DNA from: a virus
DNA: 64,000 nucleotides
Virus record (IMG/VR): IMGVR_UViG_3300044712_000083
Location: 1-64,000 of that record
Strand: one strand, 5' to 3'
The notes beneath the pieces were generated by a model. That model saw nothing but the letters and a program-made list of their open reading frames with translations, searched no databases and was not told the origin of the DNA. The position numbers were made by a program, and so were the translations under genes. Below, one piece after another: positions 48,231-58,900 of the stretch (the stretch's first letter is position 1; every line of letters begins with the position of its first letter).

Positions 48231-48745
48231 TATAAGAGTTTATTAATCAGGGTGTTACAAGACTTTTTCAAAGCGGCACTTAGGTTGGTTTGATTAAATT
48301 TGCCTCCATCATCAATGACCAGTGCAGCCATTGATACTTCTTCAGCAGACTCTTCTACTATTACTGTCTTTTTTACTTTATTATCTTCAATCAACTGACC
48401 TCTCATACGTATTACTACAGCATCAGAGTTGCGATGGAATACAGATAAATTAGTTTGCGTTTTGAGAACATCTAAGTACAGTAGTTCAATCTTTATTTCT
48501 TTACTAGCATCATCAGAGATATCATATCCTTCTTCTTGTAAGAACTCCTCCATAATGTTCTTAACTCCAAACGCTAAGTTTCTATTACCAGCCATCTGTC
48601 CCATTACAATTCTATTGTTAACAGGTGCAACCTTAATAGGATTGTCTGGTTTAGTGAAGTGTTTAAATATGTATACAGCCTGGATAGCCAGTGATGATCC
48701 TACAATCATGGATACGATAGCGTAGGTAATAGTAAATAGTTTCAT
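48230..48745 (-). CDS. membrane-anchored CsgG/LptE-like protein
   Basis: N-terminal TM; FGVKNIMEEFL...FNQT..SAALKK parallels the CsgG-like gene. Confidence 0.55.
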   Translation of the reverse strand: MKLFTITYAIVSMIVGSSLAIQAVYIFKHFTKPDNPIKVAPVNNRIVMGQMAGNRNLAFGVKNIMEEFLQEEGYDISDDASKEIKIELLYLDVLKTQTNLSVFHRNSDAVVIRMRGQLIEDNKVKKTVIVEESAEEVSMAALVIDDGGKFNQTNLSAALKKSCNTLINKLL

Positions 48746-48759
48746 GAGATTGGTTGTTT

Positions 48760-48787
48760 AAAAAAAGCAGGATATTATCTACCCTGC
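48760..48787 (-). terminator. intrinsic terminator after the lysis cassette
   Basis: GCAGG...CCTGC followed by T7 on the minus strand. Confidence 0.7.
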
Positions 48788-48906
48788 CCTCTGTATTTCT
48801 TCTTCACTGATTTATCTTTCGGTCCTGCAGACTTAGCATGTTTGCCCTTACGTCTTACACCAAAGATAATCTTCTTAGATTCTGAAGATCCTTTTGCTTT
48901 TGCCAT
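48775..48906 (-). CDS. 43-aa basic peptide, KKYRGQG type (not in ORF track)
   Basis: MAKAKGSSESKKIIFGVRRKGKHAKSAGPKDKSVKKKYRGQGR*, TAATG overlap with the lysin. Confidence 0.7.
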   Translation of the reverse strand: MAKAKGSSESKKIIFGVRRKGKHAKSAGPKDKSVKKKYRGQGR

Positions 48907-49769
48907 TATTTTAGAAGGTTATAGTATTCAATAAAATGTTTCTGTCTGTCAGCTAATCCAATAGTTCCACCGTTAACACGTTTAGTTACAGAAGTAACTG
49001 TAGCGTTATCAGCTCCTTTGTCACAAATAGCCCATAGCTTATTACTGTTAAAGAAGAATGCTGCGGAGGCTAAAGGATATTTAGTTGCTACTAAATCTGG
49101 ATCAGCTAGAATATTCTCAGGAACTGTAGCATCAAACTTAGTGTAGTTGTCTTTACCAGTTAACTGAATATATCCTCTTCCTCTAAATTTATATCCATCT
49201 CCTGAAGATTCAGGCCCATTACCCATACGACTAGCGTAAACACGGTTAGCAATTTTTTCAGGTTTACGTTCATAAGCATTTGCAAGTGCTGCAGTTGGGA
49301 AGTATTTTTTAAATATACCTAATAGTCCTTTGGCAGAATAGTTTAAGTTCTCACGAACAGCTTTCCAGTTACCACTCTCATGTCCACATTGTGACAAGAA
49401 GTGAGCAAGACGTAAGTTGTTTGTAATACCAAAACGTGCAGCTGTATCAGGAATCTGTGCAATAACTGCATCAGGTATATGTCCTTTTAATTTATCTAAT
49501 TTGAATCCAGAGTTGTTAGGGATAACTACAGGTGCTGGTGCTGGTGCAGCTTGCACAGGAGCAGGGGCTGCTTGAGGAAGAGCCTCAATACCAAGCTTAG
49601 CTAATGTAAATGGACCAGCGATACCATCAGCCTGTAAGCCATTAGCTTTTTGCCATGCAATTAAAGCAGCTTCAGTCTTAGGACCAAACTTACCAATAGC
49701 TTCTACACCAAGCTTCTCTTGTAACTTAACAACTAATGGACCTTCGTCACCTCTACGTAATGTTGCCAT
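48906..49769 (-). CDS. endolysin: PG_binding_1 + GH19 catalytic domain
   Basis: LRRGDEG..V..LQ, ADGIAGP.T; AHFLSQCGHES, ENLNYS, FRGRGYIQLTGKDNY, VNGG..GL.DR. Confidence 0.92.
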   Translation of the reverse strand: MATLRRGDEGPLVVKLQEKLGVEAIGKFGPKTEAALIAWQKANGLQADGIAGPFTLAKLGIEALPQAAPAPVQAAPAPAPVVIPNNSGFKLDKLKGHIPDAVIAQIPDTAARFGITNNLRLAHFLSQCGHESGNWKAVRENLNYSAKGLLGIFKKYFPTAALANAYERKPEKIANRVYASRMGNGPESSGDGYKFRGRGYIQLTGKDNYTKFDATVPENILADPDLVATKYPLASAAFFFNSNKLWAICDKGADNATVTSVTKRVNGGTIGLADRQKHFIEYYNLLK

Positions 49770-50001
49770 TGTATTTCTTTTTCTTAGATGGTTTCTTTTT
49801 CTTAGGAGTAACAACCACTGCTTCACCAGCAATCTTTTCTGCAACAGCTTCAGGAATTTCTACAATTGGAGCTTTCTCAGGCTCTACAATTGGTTCTAAT
49901 TTTGATTCATCCACAGCTAAGTTAGCTTTATATGCAGGAGCAATTGGAGTTTGTTCTTTCTTTCCAAAAAGTAAAGAACGTAAAAAGTTTAAAAATTTCA
50001 T
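49753..50001 (-). CDS. small lysis-cassette protein
   Basis: Amphipathic N-terminus, basic tail. Confidence 0.6.
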   Translation of the reverse strand: MKFLNFLRSLLFGKKEQTPIAPAYKANLAVDESKLEPIVEPEKAPIVEIPEAVAEKIAGEAVVVTPKKKKPSKKKKYNGNIT

Positions 50002-50618
50002 TATTTTTTTAGTTTGATTTTAAAATAAGATTGGATACCATAGGTAATCGATCCATCAACATTCACGCCAACTTTTGCACCGATTATCTGATCCTTTTTG
50101 GTTTTGTATAGAAGACCACCTTCTACACCACTGAAAGAAGACATACTTCGCATGTTAATTCCACCCCCTACATAAACCTGTCTTTGAGGTTCTGCATATT
50201 TAGTTATGGTCATTGTTTCCTTAACTATAGGAATCTTGAAGTTATCTTTGGTAGTACGTTTGCCAAGTTTGTTTTCAGACACAGTGTCTGTAACTTGAAT
50301 GTATCCGTGTGTACCAACTTTAATAGAGTCTTTATAAACACGTTTAGATGCATAGTTCTTAACCAATGCATCATATTGTTTCTTCAACCCATTGTAATTT
50401 GTATCAGGTTGATATTTTGTAACCAACACTTCGTGGTTTACAGGAATCTCATGTACAATAGGAACCTCTTTAACAATAGTTTTTTCGTGCACTTCCCATG
50501 TAGTATCGTGTACAACTAATGTATCTGGACCTTTTACACCTTCATGCTTAGAATTGTTATAGAAATATATAACTAATGTGCCAAGAATGATGATGATTGC
50601 TAATGTTAGTTTTTTCAT
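50001..50618 (-). CDS. putative spanin-like membrane protein
   Basis: N-terminal TM, DT-rich stalk, C-terminal beta-strands; inside the lysis cassette. Confidence 0.5.
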   Translation of the reverse strand: MKKLTLAIIIILGTLVIYFYNNSKHEGVKGPDTLVVHDTTWEVHEKTIVKEVPIVHEIPVNHEVLVTKYQPDTNYNGLKKQYDALVKNYASKRVYKDSIKVGTHGYIQVTDTVSENKLGKRTTKDNFKIPIVKETMTITKYAEPQRQVYVGGGINMRSMSSFSGVEGGLLYKTKKDQIIGAKVGVNVDGSITYGIQSYFKIKLKK

Positions 50619-50626
50619 AAGAGATG

Positions 50627-50932
50627 TTATCCCTCTTCGTAAGGGGCTGGTTGTTCATTCTTATCACCAGCTTCTCCTTTTGTTTTCTTTCCCATGACGT
50701 TCTCAACGCCAGAGATACCAAAACAACCAAGAACAATGATGGTTAAAGAATTAAATACGTAATCGTTAAGAACCAATTCTTTTCCATAGTATCCTGTAAC
50801 TAAATCTACAGTAACTACAATAAGCATAAACAAGAATGCGATAGCTCCAATGATGGACTTCTCATTCCAATCGTTATCATCTTTAAAAATGCTGAAGAAA
50901 GATTCTTTAGGATCTTCAATTAAATGTTTCAT
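50627..50932 (-). CDS. putative holin
   Basis: Two TM segments, upstream of the endolysin. Confidence 0.6.
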   Translation of the reverse strand: MKHLIEDPKESFFSIFKDDNDWNEKSIIGAIAFLFMLIVVTVDLVTGYYGKELVLNDYVFNSLTIIVLGCFGISGVENVMGKKTKGEAGDKNEQPAPYEEG

Positions 50933-51206
50933 ATTTTTTAGGGGTTAGGTCATTATCATTCATCACTGCAACAACCTCATGCATATTTACCTGCTTAGGT
51001 AATTTAGATGGAGGCATTGGTACTTTATACGATGTCTTATATACTTCTCTCTCTAGTCCTTCTATACGTACCACTGTACCAGCAGACACTTCAATTAACT
51101 TATCAACCTTAGTATTCAATGTATTTAATTGATAGCTAAACCAACCAAACACTCCTACAACAGCATAGGATAGAGCATTGTCTTTTAAGTCTTGAAAAGA
51201 GGCCAT
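50916..51206 (-). CDS. single-TM coiled-coil protein (holin/antiholin-like)
   Basis: TM followed by LNTKVDKL...RIEGLE coiled coil. Confidence 0.55.
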   Translation of the reverse strand: MASFQDLKDNALSYAVVGVFGWFSYQLNTLNTKVDKLIEVSAGTVVRIEGLEREVYKTSYKVPMPPSKLPKQVNMHEVVAVMNDNDLTPKKYETFN

Positions 51207-51213
51207 AGGTATA

Positions 51214-51327
51214 GAAAAACCATAGAATCCCCAGCCTTTTCAGGAGGGGATCTATGTAGTTTAACAAAAAGAGAGAATGAAAAATCTTAGGAGGATTCCG
51301 AAGAGTTGAAGTTGGTAGGAAACTTCT
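51214..51327 (-). ncRNA. candidate ~110-nt small RNA / lysis-operon leader
   Basis: Own promoter, 5' hairpin GAAGTT/AACTTC, anti-AUG tract and 3' terminator hairpin with U5; no ORF. Confidence 0.55.
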
Positions 51328-51331
51328 GTAG

Positions 51332-51363
51332 CAAATATATGTAAGCTAAATTAAATAAGCAAG
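51332..51363 (-). promoter_or_regulatory. Bacteroidota sigma-A promoter
   Basis: CTTG-N20-TATATTTG. Confidence 0.65.
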
Positions 51364-51378
51364 TAAATTATATAAAAT

Positions 51379-51807
51379 TTATGAAACTAACTTAAATAAC
51401 ACTACATAATTGTCATTGGTGGTAACGCTTTCTAAATCTGAGATAGATAGAGGAGTGTATTCAATTTCTTTCTTCTCATTTAATAATTCTGTATAGCGTT
51501 GTTGAAGTTCAATAAACTTTGGATTGATTTTAGTTTTAGCTTCATCTTCAAACATCTCAACAGTTATATTACCATCTTCTTTTTCTTCACCGTATTCTTT
51601 AATTAACTCAGTTTTTAATTTATCAAGAATTTCTTTTTCTTTTACTAATTCAGTAGCAATTTTTGATAAACGATACTTAGTTGCAAGATTAAGTTTCTCT
51701 TTGAGGAAACCTTCCACAACTCTTTGATTTGTTTGGGGATCTGTAAATCCGTTCAACTCAGCTTCTAATGTAAGAATCTCAGCTAATGATAATTCAATTT
51801 GTGCCAT
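51379..51807 (-). CDS. putative tail-fibre chaperone
   Basis: Acidic helical protein (KYRL.K...LIKEYG...ELLNE) downstream of the fibre. Confidence 0.55.
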   Translation of the reverse strand: MAQIELSLAEILTLEAELNGFTDPQTNQRVVEGFLKEKLNLATKYRLSKIATELVKEKEILDKLKTELIKEYGEEKEDGNITVEMFEDEAKTKINPKFIELQQRYTELLNEKKEIEYTPLSISDLESVTTNDNYVVLFKLVS

Positions 51808-51829
51808 TTTTATTTAGTTAGTTTATTTG

Positions 51830-51837
51830 CAAATATA
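51830..51837 (-). promoter_or_regulatory. Bacteroidota -7 promoter element
   Basis: TATATTTG upstream of 51807. Confidence 0.5.
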
Positions 51838-51842
51838 TAAAA

Positions 51843-54800
51843 TTAATAATAAGTAAACGAAAGTTGGGAAGCATCTCTCGCAAATATCATAATAGTCGCA
51901 GCAGCTTTAAATCCGCCAGCTCCAGTACCCGTTGTTGCTGTAATTATATATCCGTTTCCATCAGTATTCATTTCTCTTTGATATCCACCAACATTATTAC
52001 CTCCAAACCACTGTAAGTCAAAATATTTATCAACATGAACACCACTTCCATCACTCCATCCTCCAAATTGATATGCTACTCCAGAACCTGTACTTGCTGC
52101 TGAATTTGGAGGATAGTTGTCAAAGTTTAATCCAAAAATAAATCCAGTAAAGTAGTTATTTACCCCTGCGTATATTTTTACAAATTTAGTAGAGCCAACC
52201 TTGTTAACTGAATGGCTAACCATCTTCATACCAGCCACGTTGGTATCTACACCTCTAAATCCAACAGGTCCAAATAAATCTAAACCACCAGTATATCCTG
52301 AGCCATTATTATTCATTCTTACCATCCAATAAGAAGAACTATTTAACATACCAGCATAACCAGGTTCGCTATATAATCCTAATAATGAAGTACCTCCATA
52401 TGCATTTCTTAGCCATAATCTAGGGTATCCACCAGTAGCTCCTATATTCCAATCATTTGAACTTGTTGAATAAAAGTGGTTTGTGGTTGCTTGATTATAT
52501 AGTCCAGTTCCAGAATTGTTATTTCTTAACCATCCATTAGCATAGATATCAAAAAATGTTGGGCTACTACCAGTTGCTAAATTTTGATTAATGGAATATG
52601 CAGTGATATTACTTGCGTTACCAGAAATACTTATTCCCCAAGTCCCTGTAGCACCAGTTCCATTTGTTGGAACATATGTACTATTGTCATAAGAGATAGT
52701 AGTACCCGATGCCTTTACAAATCCTGTACCATTTAAAACAGTTCCAGCAGGTATTGTCCAGCTTCTATCTGCTGATAGATCATAAGCTGTACCATTGATT
52801 GTAAGTGTACGAGAAGTTGGTACTTTATTATTAAATGTAGTCCAGTCAGCAGCAGATAATGCTCCTCTGTTAGATGCACTAGCTGTAGGTACATTTAATG
52901 TAATTACAGGCGTTGTAGTTCCGTTTGCTACAGATGATGATATATCTGTACCTGTAGTTCCAATTGTAAGAGCTGCTACAGATGTAACAGTTCCTGTGTT
53001 AGATGTATAACCGTTAGGGTTAGATGCAGGATAGTAAGCTGTTGTATCTAGTGCAAACGTATTAGGTCCTGTCATCTTTACAAATGATTCAGAAACAAAA
53101 GCTAGTGTTGCTAAAGATGTTAAATTTGCAGAACCTGCCTGTTTACTATTGAAAGTGTTCCAATCAGTTGAACTTAAATAACCATCAGTTGATGTAGTAG
53201 ATTGTGTAATAGAGAATGTTCTATTAGCACTTAGATTACCACCACCTTGTAGAGGAGCTGTAGTGGATATAGTTATAGCTGCATTTGCAGGAGTGTATCC
53301 TAATACACCAGAAATAGATTTATTTACCCACAACTGATTACCTGAAATAGTCTCTAAGAATAATCCTTGACCATCTGTTTTAGGAGCAGTGATTAATACA
53401 TCATGTATTTCATTTAACTCAAAACCATTCTGGATGTTTACAAAGATTTCACCATTGTTAGATTGCTTTCTTGTAACAACACCGATGTAAACCATGTGAG
53501 CAGGAGCTACAGGTTTGTTAGCTAGTCCATATAATAATGTACCATTAGGTCCTAACCATACAGGATCCCCCGCAGCGTTTGCAGCAGATGTATTTAGTCC
53601 TGTAACTAAACCATAAGTTACACATTTAACAATATCATTTAATGCACCACCTGTCTCAAGTAAACCGAATGTTTTAGACGATCCTGCTTCTGTTAAGTTT
53701 GAAGATGCTACAACAATTATATTAGTACCATCTGCGCCAGAAACATACACTGGTGTTCCTTTTGTTAAAGCTGCGCCTAACTTAACTTCATTTTTAACTT
53801 GAGTAGCATAGTTATCAATCCATTGTGTATTGTAGTCTGTAGCATCAATTTTAGCTAAGATTTGTCCAGCAGTACCACCAGTAGGTAATGCACCTCCAGT
53901 AGAAATAGTCCACGTTCTATCTGCTGATAAATCATATGATGTACCATTAATAGTTAATGTGCGAGTTGTTGGTACATATCCAGCTAATGCTGCACTAGTA
54001 ATATAACCAGCAGGGTTTGTAGAATTATATGGTGTATAACCTAACGCACCTGTAATATCTCCTGATGAGAGTGTCACAGCTCCTGTACGCGTATTGAATG
54101 ACGTAACACCACCTTGATATTGAGGAATATTTAATACACCAGTTATATTATCATATGTAGCTGCACCAGATGTTCCAGTTGTTGTAAGAGAGATAGCTGT
54201 ACGAGCACGAGCAGGAGTGTAATATAAGTTAGTTAATCCTTCAGGAATATCAGAAGATGCTAACGATACAGCACCTGTCTGACCATTAACAGATACAACA
54301 GCATCTGTATTATCTACTTGTTGCCAAGCTGTACCATCAAAGATAATCCAGTCACCTAAATTCCAGTCTGAGATACCATCAATAGTTGTAGATCCAGGAA
54401 CAGAAACAATATAATACCATCCTGTTGTACCTACACCAGATGTGATAGTTGGCGTATTTGTAGAAGCATTCCAAGTTCCTTTGTAGATAGAGCCGCCAAT
54501 CAAACCATTGATTTGATTCTGCACTTTACCAAATGCTTCTAGAATGCTATCTGTAGCAACTACAGAACCACCAGTAATATTAATACCTGTCAATACTTTG
54601 CCAGTAACAGCAGAGTTAGATAGAGTGACGTTAGCAGAACCAGGTCCTGATGCAGAAGCTTCTCCTGTTAAATCAGTGATATAATTACCAGCAGCCTGTT
54701 TACTGTTAAACGTATTCCAATCTGTAGAAGAAAGATATCCGTCTGTAGATATACTAGCTTGAGAAATTGTAATATTAGGAGTAGTTCCTCCTGAAGAAGC

Positions 54801-55859
54801 TAATGGAGCAGAAGCTGTAACACCTGTAACAGATCCTGTGTTTGTAGCAGCTACTGTAAAGTTTGGATAGGATCCAGTAACATTAATACCCGTACCAGCA
54901 GCAATAGATACAACTTGATCAGGTGCTGTGTTAGTAATAGTAATGTTAGGAGTTGTAGCAGGATTAGTTACACTAACAGAAATACCTGTACCTGCTGTAG
55001 CAGATACGTTAGTTACACTACCTCCACCAGGAAGTGTCCAAGATCTATCAGCTTGAAGAGTTTGTGTAATACCATTAATAGTGATAGTTCTTGTATTAGG
55101 TACAGGTGTGAATCCTAATGCAGAGTTAATATCAAGACCTGTAACAGGTGTAGCACCTGTAACTAATCCTTTTGCATTAACCTTAAATTTTAAAAAAGTG
55201 TTATTTGTATAAACATTTAGGTTAACATCATTCAATGTTAATGTTGTTGTAGATCCCGTTGATCCACTACCATATACATCTCCTGTGAACGATAGAACAG
55301 AAGACGGTAAGCTAATAGCTGTAGAAGTTACAGCAGTAACTCTACCTTTAGAGTCCACTGTAATACGTGGTACATGTGTACCATCTCCATATATTCCAGG
55401 ATTACTATTTACACTAGCTAACGTAGCAACAGCTGTCCCTGGACCAGATGCAACAACATCTCCAGATAAGTTTGTAATATATGCACCTGCAACTTGATAA
55501 GGTGTAGAGTCTAATGTACCATCTCCTTTTAGAAACTCAGAAGCTGTACCACCAGCTGTAGCAAGTTTAGAACCAATGATTGGACCAACAAACGATAATG
55601 TGAAATTACCACCAATGGTTGTATCTTCAATCAACGAACCACCAAGCTTAACTGGCTGACCAGGAGATAGTTGCACAACACCGTTGGTAAATATATATCC
55701 AACATGAGAATCTCCAAACTTAGCATCTATCTTTTGTAGAGCAGTTTGAATAGAATCATTTTGAGTAATACCAGTGTATGTCAAAGTGTTACCTTCGTAG
55801 AACACGCAGGTAGAGTTCAATATAACTGGGCACATATCAGCCGTGCATAATATATCCAT
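51843..55859 (-). CDS. tail fibre protein
   Basis: G/T/S-rich; repeats RTLTING..YDLSADR.WT (x3) and GYLSSTDWNTFNSKQ (x2); start MDILC. Confidence 0.85.
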   Translation of the reverse strand: MDILCTADMCPVILNSTCVFYEGNTLTYTGITQNDSIQTALQKIDAKFGDSHVGYIFTNGVVQLSPGQPVKLGGSLIEDTTIGGNFTLSFVGPIIGSKLATAGGTASEFLKGDGTLDSTPYQVAGAYITNLSGDVVASGPGTAVATLASVNSNPGIYGDGTHVPRITVDSKGRVTAVTSTAISLPSSVLSFTGDVYGSGSTGSTTTLTLNDVNLNVYTNNTFLKFKVNAKGLVTGATPVTGLDINSALGFTPVPNTRTITINGITQTLQADRSWTLPGGGSVTNVSATAGTGISVSVTNPATTPNITITNTAPDQVVSIAAGTGINVTGSYPNFTVAATNTGSVTGVTASAPLASSGGTTPNITISQASISTDGYLSSTDWNTFNSKQAAGNYITDLTGEASASGPGSANVTLSNSAVTGKVLTGINITGGSVVATDSILEAFGKVQNQINGLIGGSIYKGTWNASTNTPTITSGVGTTGWYYIVSVPGSTTIDGISDWNLGDWIIFDGTAWQQVDNTDAVVSVNGQTGAVSLASSDIPEGLTNLYYTPARARTAISLTTTGTSGAATYDNITGVLNIPQYQGGVTSFNTRTGAVTLSSGDITGALGYTPYNSTNPAGYITSAALAGYVPTTRTLTINGTSYDLSADRTWTISTGGALPTGGTAGQILAKIDATDYNTQWIDNYATQVKNEVKLGAALTKGTPVYVSGADGTNIIVVASSNLTEAGSSKTFGLLETGGALNDIVKCVTYGLVTGLNTSAANAAGDPVWLGPNGTLLYGLANKPVAPAHMVYIGVVTRKQSNNGEIFVNIQNGFELNEIHDVLITAPKTDGQGLFLETISGNQLWVNKSISGVLGYTPANAAITISTTAPLQGGGNLSANRTFSITQSTTSTDGYLSSTDWNTFNSKQAGSANLTSLATLAFVSESFVKMTGPNTFALDTTAYYPASNPNGYTSNTGTVTSVAALTIGTTGTDISSSVANGTTTPVITLNVPTASASNRGALSAADWTTFNNKVPTSRTLTINGTAYDLSADRSWTIPAGTVLNGTGFVKASGTTISYDNSTYVPTNGTGATGTWGISISGNASNITAYSINQNLATGSSPTFFDIYANGWLRNNNSGTGLYNQATTNHFYSTSSNDWNIGATGGYPRLWLRNAYGGTSLLGLYSEPGYAGMLNSSSYWMVRMNNNGSGYTGGLDLFGPVGFRGVDTNVAGMKMVSHSVNKVGSTKFVKIYAGVNNYFTGFIFGLNFDNYPPNSAASTGSGVAYQFGGWSDGSGVHVDKYFDLQWFGGNNVGGYQREMNTDGNGYIITATTGTGAGGFKAAATIMIFARDASQLSFTYY

Positions 55860-55905
55860 GGTATGCAATTAAATTTTAATATAAAAATACGGAATTGTGT
55901 TGAGT

Positions 55906-55935
55906 TGTAGGATAGTTATAGAAAACTATCCTACA
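55906..55935. promoter_or_regulatory. 12-bp inverted repeat between the cargo and fibre genes
   Basis: TGTAGGATAGTT-N6-AACTATCCTACA without a U-tract. Confidence 0.5.
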
Positions 55936-55943
55936 TAATATAG

Positions 55944-58900
55944 CTATCGCATATTGTTCTCTGCCTGAATTGTAATATCAAATTCTTTAGCAAAGTCATT
56001 ACTAAATGATGCACCTAAGTTAATCACTGGTTTGAAACCTGGAGTTAACTTCATCAATGTTTTAATAGGGTAAACTTTCTTTCTAACTTCTTCAGGAGTT
56101 GTTTCTGCATCAAAATCTTGTCCTGTAATTTCTTGACCTAATTGTCCAGCAAACTTAAATACGTCTGCAAACAATCCTAATGCAGGAAGTTTATCTCCAG
56201 AAAGAATACGCTCAATCTCCATAGGGTTATAGAAGAATGAAAGCTCATCTGTAAACTTGTTCAGCATACGTTCTGTGTAACGCTTAGCGTTCTTCGTAGC
56301 TTTATCATCATCATCGTCTGGAGCAATCAAACCAAATCCACCTGTGAACAAGATTGTCATCAATGTAAATAATATACCAAGCTCTTTAATCTGATTACGA
56401 AGGTTGTTTACAATCATATCAGTGAAATCAGCTTTGGACATATTCATCTCTGTTCCTGTACGATCTTTCCACTCTTTCTTATACTTAAGGAATAGCTCAT
56501 CAATGATCGCCATACCCTTCTCATTAGCAGTTAGAATGTTAGTGATGTTAGAGGATAAGTCACGAACACTAGTTACCCATACAGTTGTTAATAATCTAAG
56601 ACGACCTATATCATATCTTTCTCCAGTTACTTTTCCTGTTACAGGATCAATACGTACAGAGAAGTCATCACTTGTTTTCTTGAACTCTGAGAAACGTACA
56701 TCAACAAGACGAGGAATCCAGTTTTGGAATACCATCGCACTTCTTGCCCAGATGTTCATACCTGCTTTATTAATATCACCGTTAGATAAGTTACCCGTGA
56801 TACTTCTAGCAATGTTTCTTGATAGATTAGTTAGACGTTGTGTCTCATCTAAGTTATTCAAGTCTAATCCAGGGATAACAAGCTTACCGTTTTCTAAACG
56901 TTTAGTAACCCACATGGACTTTGTCTTCTTAAGCTCCTCAATCTCTTCATTAATTTTTTTCTTACTTTCTCTGTATAGAGCAGAAGAGTCAGCTCTGTTC
57001 TGATACTTAGCACTCACATACTGTTTGATATTAACAATGTTACCATCAACAACCATGGAGTTCTTCATCAATGTCAAGAACACAGCTTTATCAATAAACT
57101 CTTCGGGCTTTCTCATGAAGAACATTAACATGTCTCCAAGGTTAGCTCTAGTAAGTGCTGAGATACCTGCCTCCTCATATAGCTTCTTAAACGGACTATC
57201 TTTAAGTGGCATGAATGTTTCCATCAATTGAACGAATGTTTCTGCACTTTCTTCATTTTGAAATATACCACTCATTAAATCAGCCTCACTACTTAAGAAC
57301 TCTCTACTTTTAAAGTATGTACCAGCTAATGCAGACATCTGAATGTTTGCACCAAATAAGTTGGCAAGACCAGAGAACGGATCAAGACCTAATGCTTTCA
57401 ACTGATACCACTTATTGATCTTCTCCATTGTCTTAACTGCAGACAAAGGTGTAGGATTCTCTTTGTACACTTCTCTACCAGCAGCCTTGTTAATCAATCG
57501 CTTAATGATATTCATAGGATTACCTATAGCAGTATCTGCATCAGATAAAGGATATCTTTGCTGTAACACTAATGCTTTGTAGAAGTTATCATACGTCTCA
57601 GTGTTTTCTTTATTCTCTGTAGTAATAACTACTGGTGTACCATCTTCTTTAGTAACAACGTCACCAAGTCTAGTTGTTTGTAAGTGTCCTTTGAACTCTT
57701 CAATTGTACTAAGTAGTTTCAACTGACCAGACACTTCTTTCAAATACTTGTACTTCTGTACGTGTTGAATATATAACACCAAGTTTGCAAAGATGTCCTC
57801 ACTAATTTGTGAAAAGTCTGTAGTATCACCAGCTTCTTTCTTTGTAAAGTCTTTGGTGTAGTATTTAGGAATACCGTTCTCAATCTGTTGTGTAAATTGG
57901 TTAATCTCACCAAGTCCAACATCTTTAGATGTAATTCTTAAATCATCTCCAATCTTACCTAAGTTCTCATAGAAATTAGCAATAGCAGAACCCACACCAT
58001 CAAATGCAACCTCCTCAGCCATAGTCTTAGCAACAAATGGTAAGAAGGTTTTCTTAATCATGTTACTAATGTATCCTTCTTCTGCAGCAATATTGTTTAC
58101 TTTCTCAATAAAGTTATAGAGCTTTAATAATCCTGGATCCTGCATAATTCTTTTGTATTCTTCTGAATACCATTTCTCAAGAGGATGACGCTTAACAATA
58201 TAGTTATTCCAACCATCAAAGTCTACACGGTCAATATCATATTTACGTTTCTGTTGTTCAATTAAGAACTTTCTACGTTTGATAGTCTCATCGTCATTAC
58301 CTGGATTGTTTCTTTCTATAGATTTTATTTGTCTATCAAGAACTTCAGCAGCCTCTTTCTTATAAGCTTCTACATCAATATTATTTAGTAACCAGTTCTT
58401 ATCTCCACCTTCTGGATCATTAGCATTCTTATCAACAGCCTCACGGAATTCTTTAGTATAAACATATACTAAGTTATTCATTCTCTTACCCTCATCATCT
58501 TTTTGATAGATGCTTCTAATCTTCTCCATGACGTTACCACCTTCCATCAGTTCTTTTCTGATTTCCAATAGTTCATTAACTAAAGCAATGCCATCTTTAG
58601 AAGCTTTATTTTCTGCAGCTTGTGTAACCTTAAATAAGATTTGTAAAGACTTCGAACCTAAGTCAGATACTCCACGGAACCAAGAGCTAATACCTTTGAT
58701 TACAGCTTCTGGATCCATCAATCCACCAACTAAGTTTCTCCATCCAATATACTTATCACCAAACCCGCCTTTACCTATTAATAACTTCTTAACACTTTGT
58801 TGAGTTCTAGCAATAGCACTTGCTTCTAATGTAAGTTCTTCTAATACACGTTTTCTTTCTGCAACTTGTTTCTTCTCCTCTTTAGTCTTAGCACTTTCTG

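Noticed and set aside
52740-55100. Tail-fibre repeats as DGR template/variable repeats or CRISPR
   Set aside because: They are in-frame protein repeats with synonymous divergence; no reverse transcriptase, cas gene or spacer array in the window
56404-57003. 199-aa + strand ORF and other antisense ORFs within large genes
   Set aside because: Shadow frames with no motifs or expression signals
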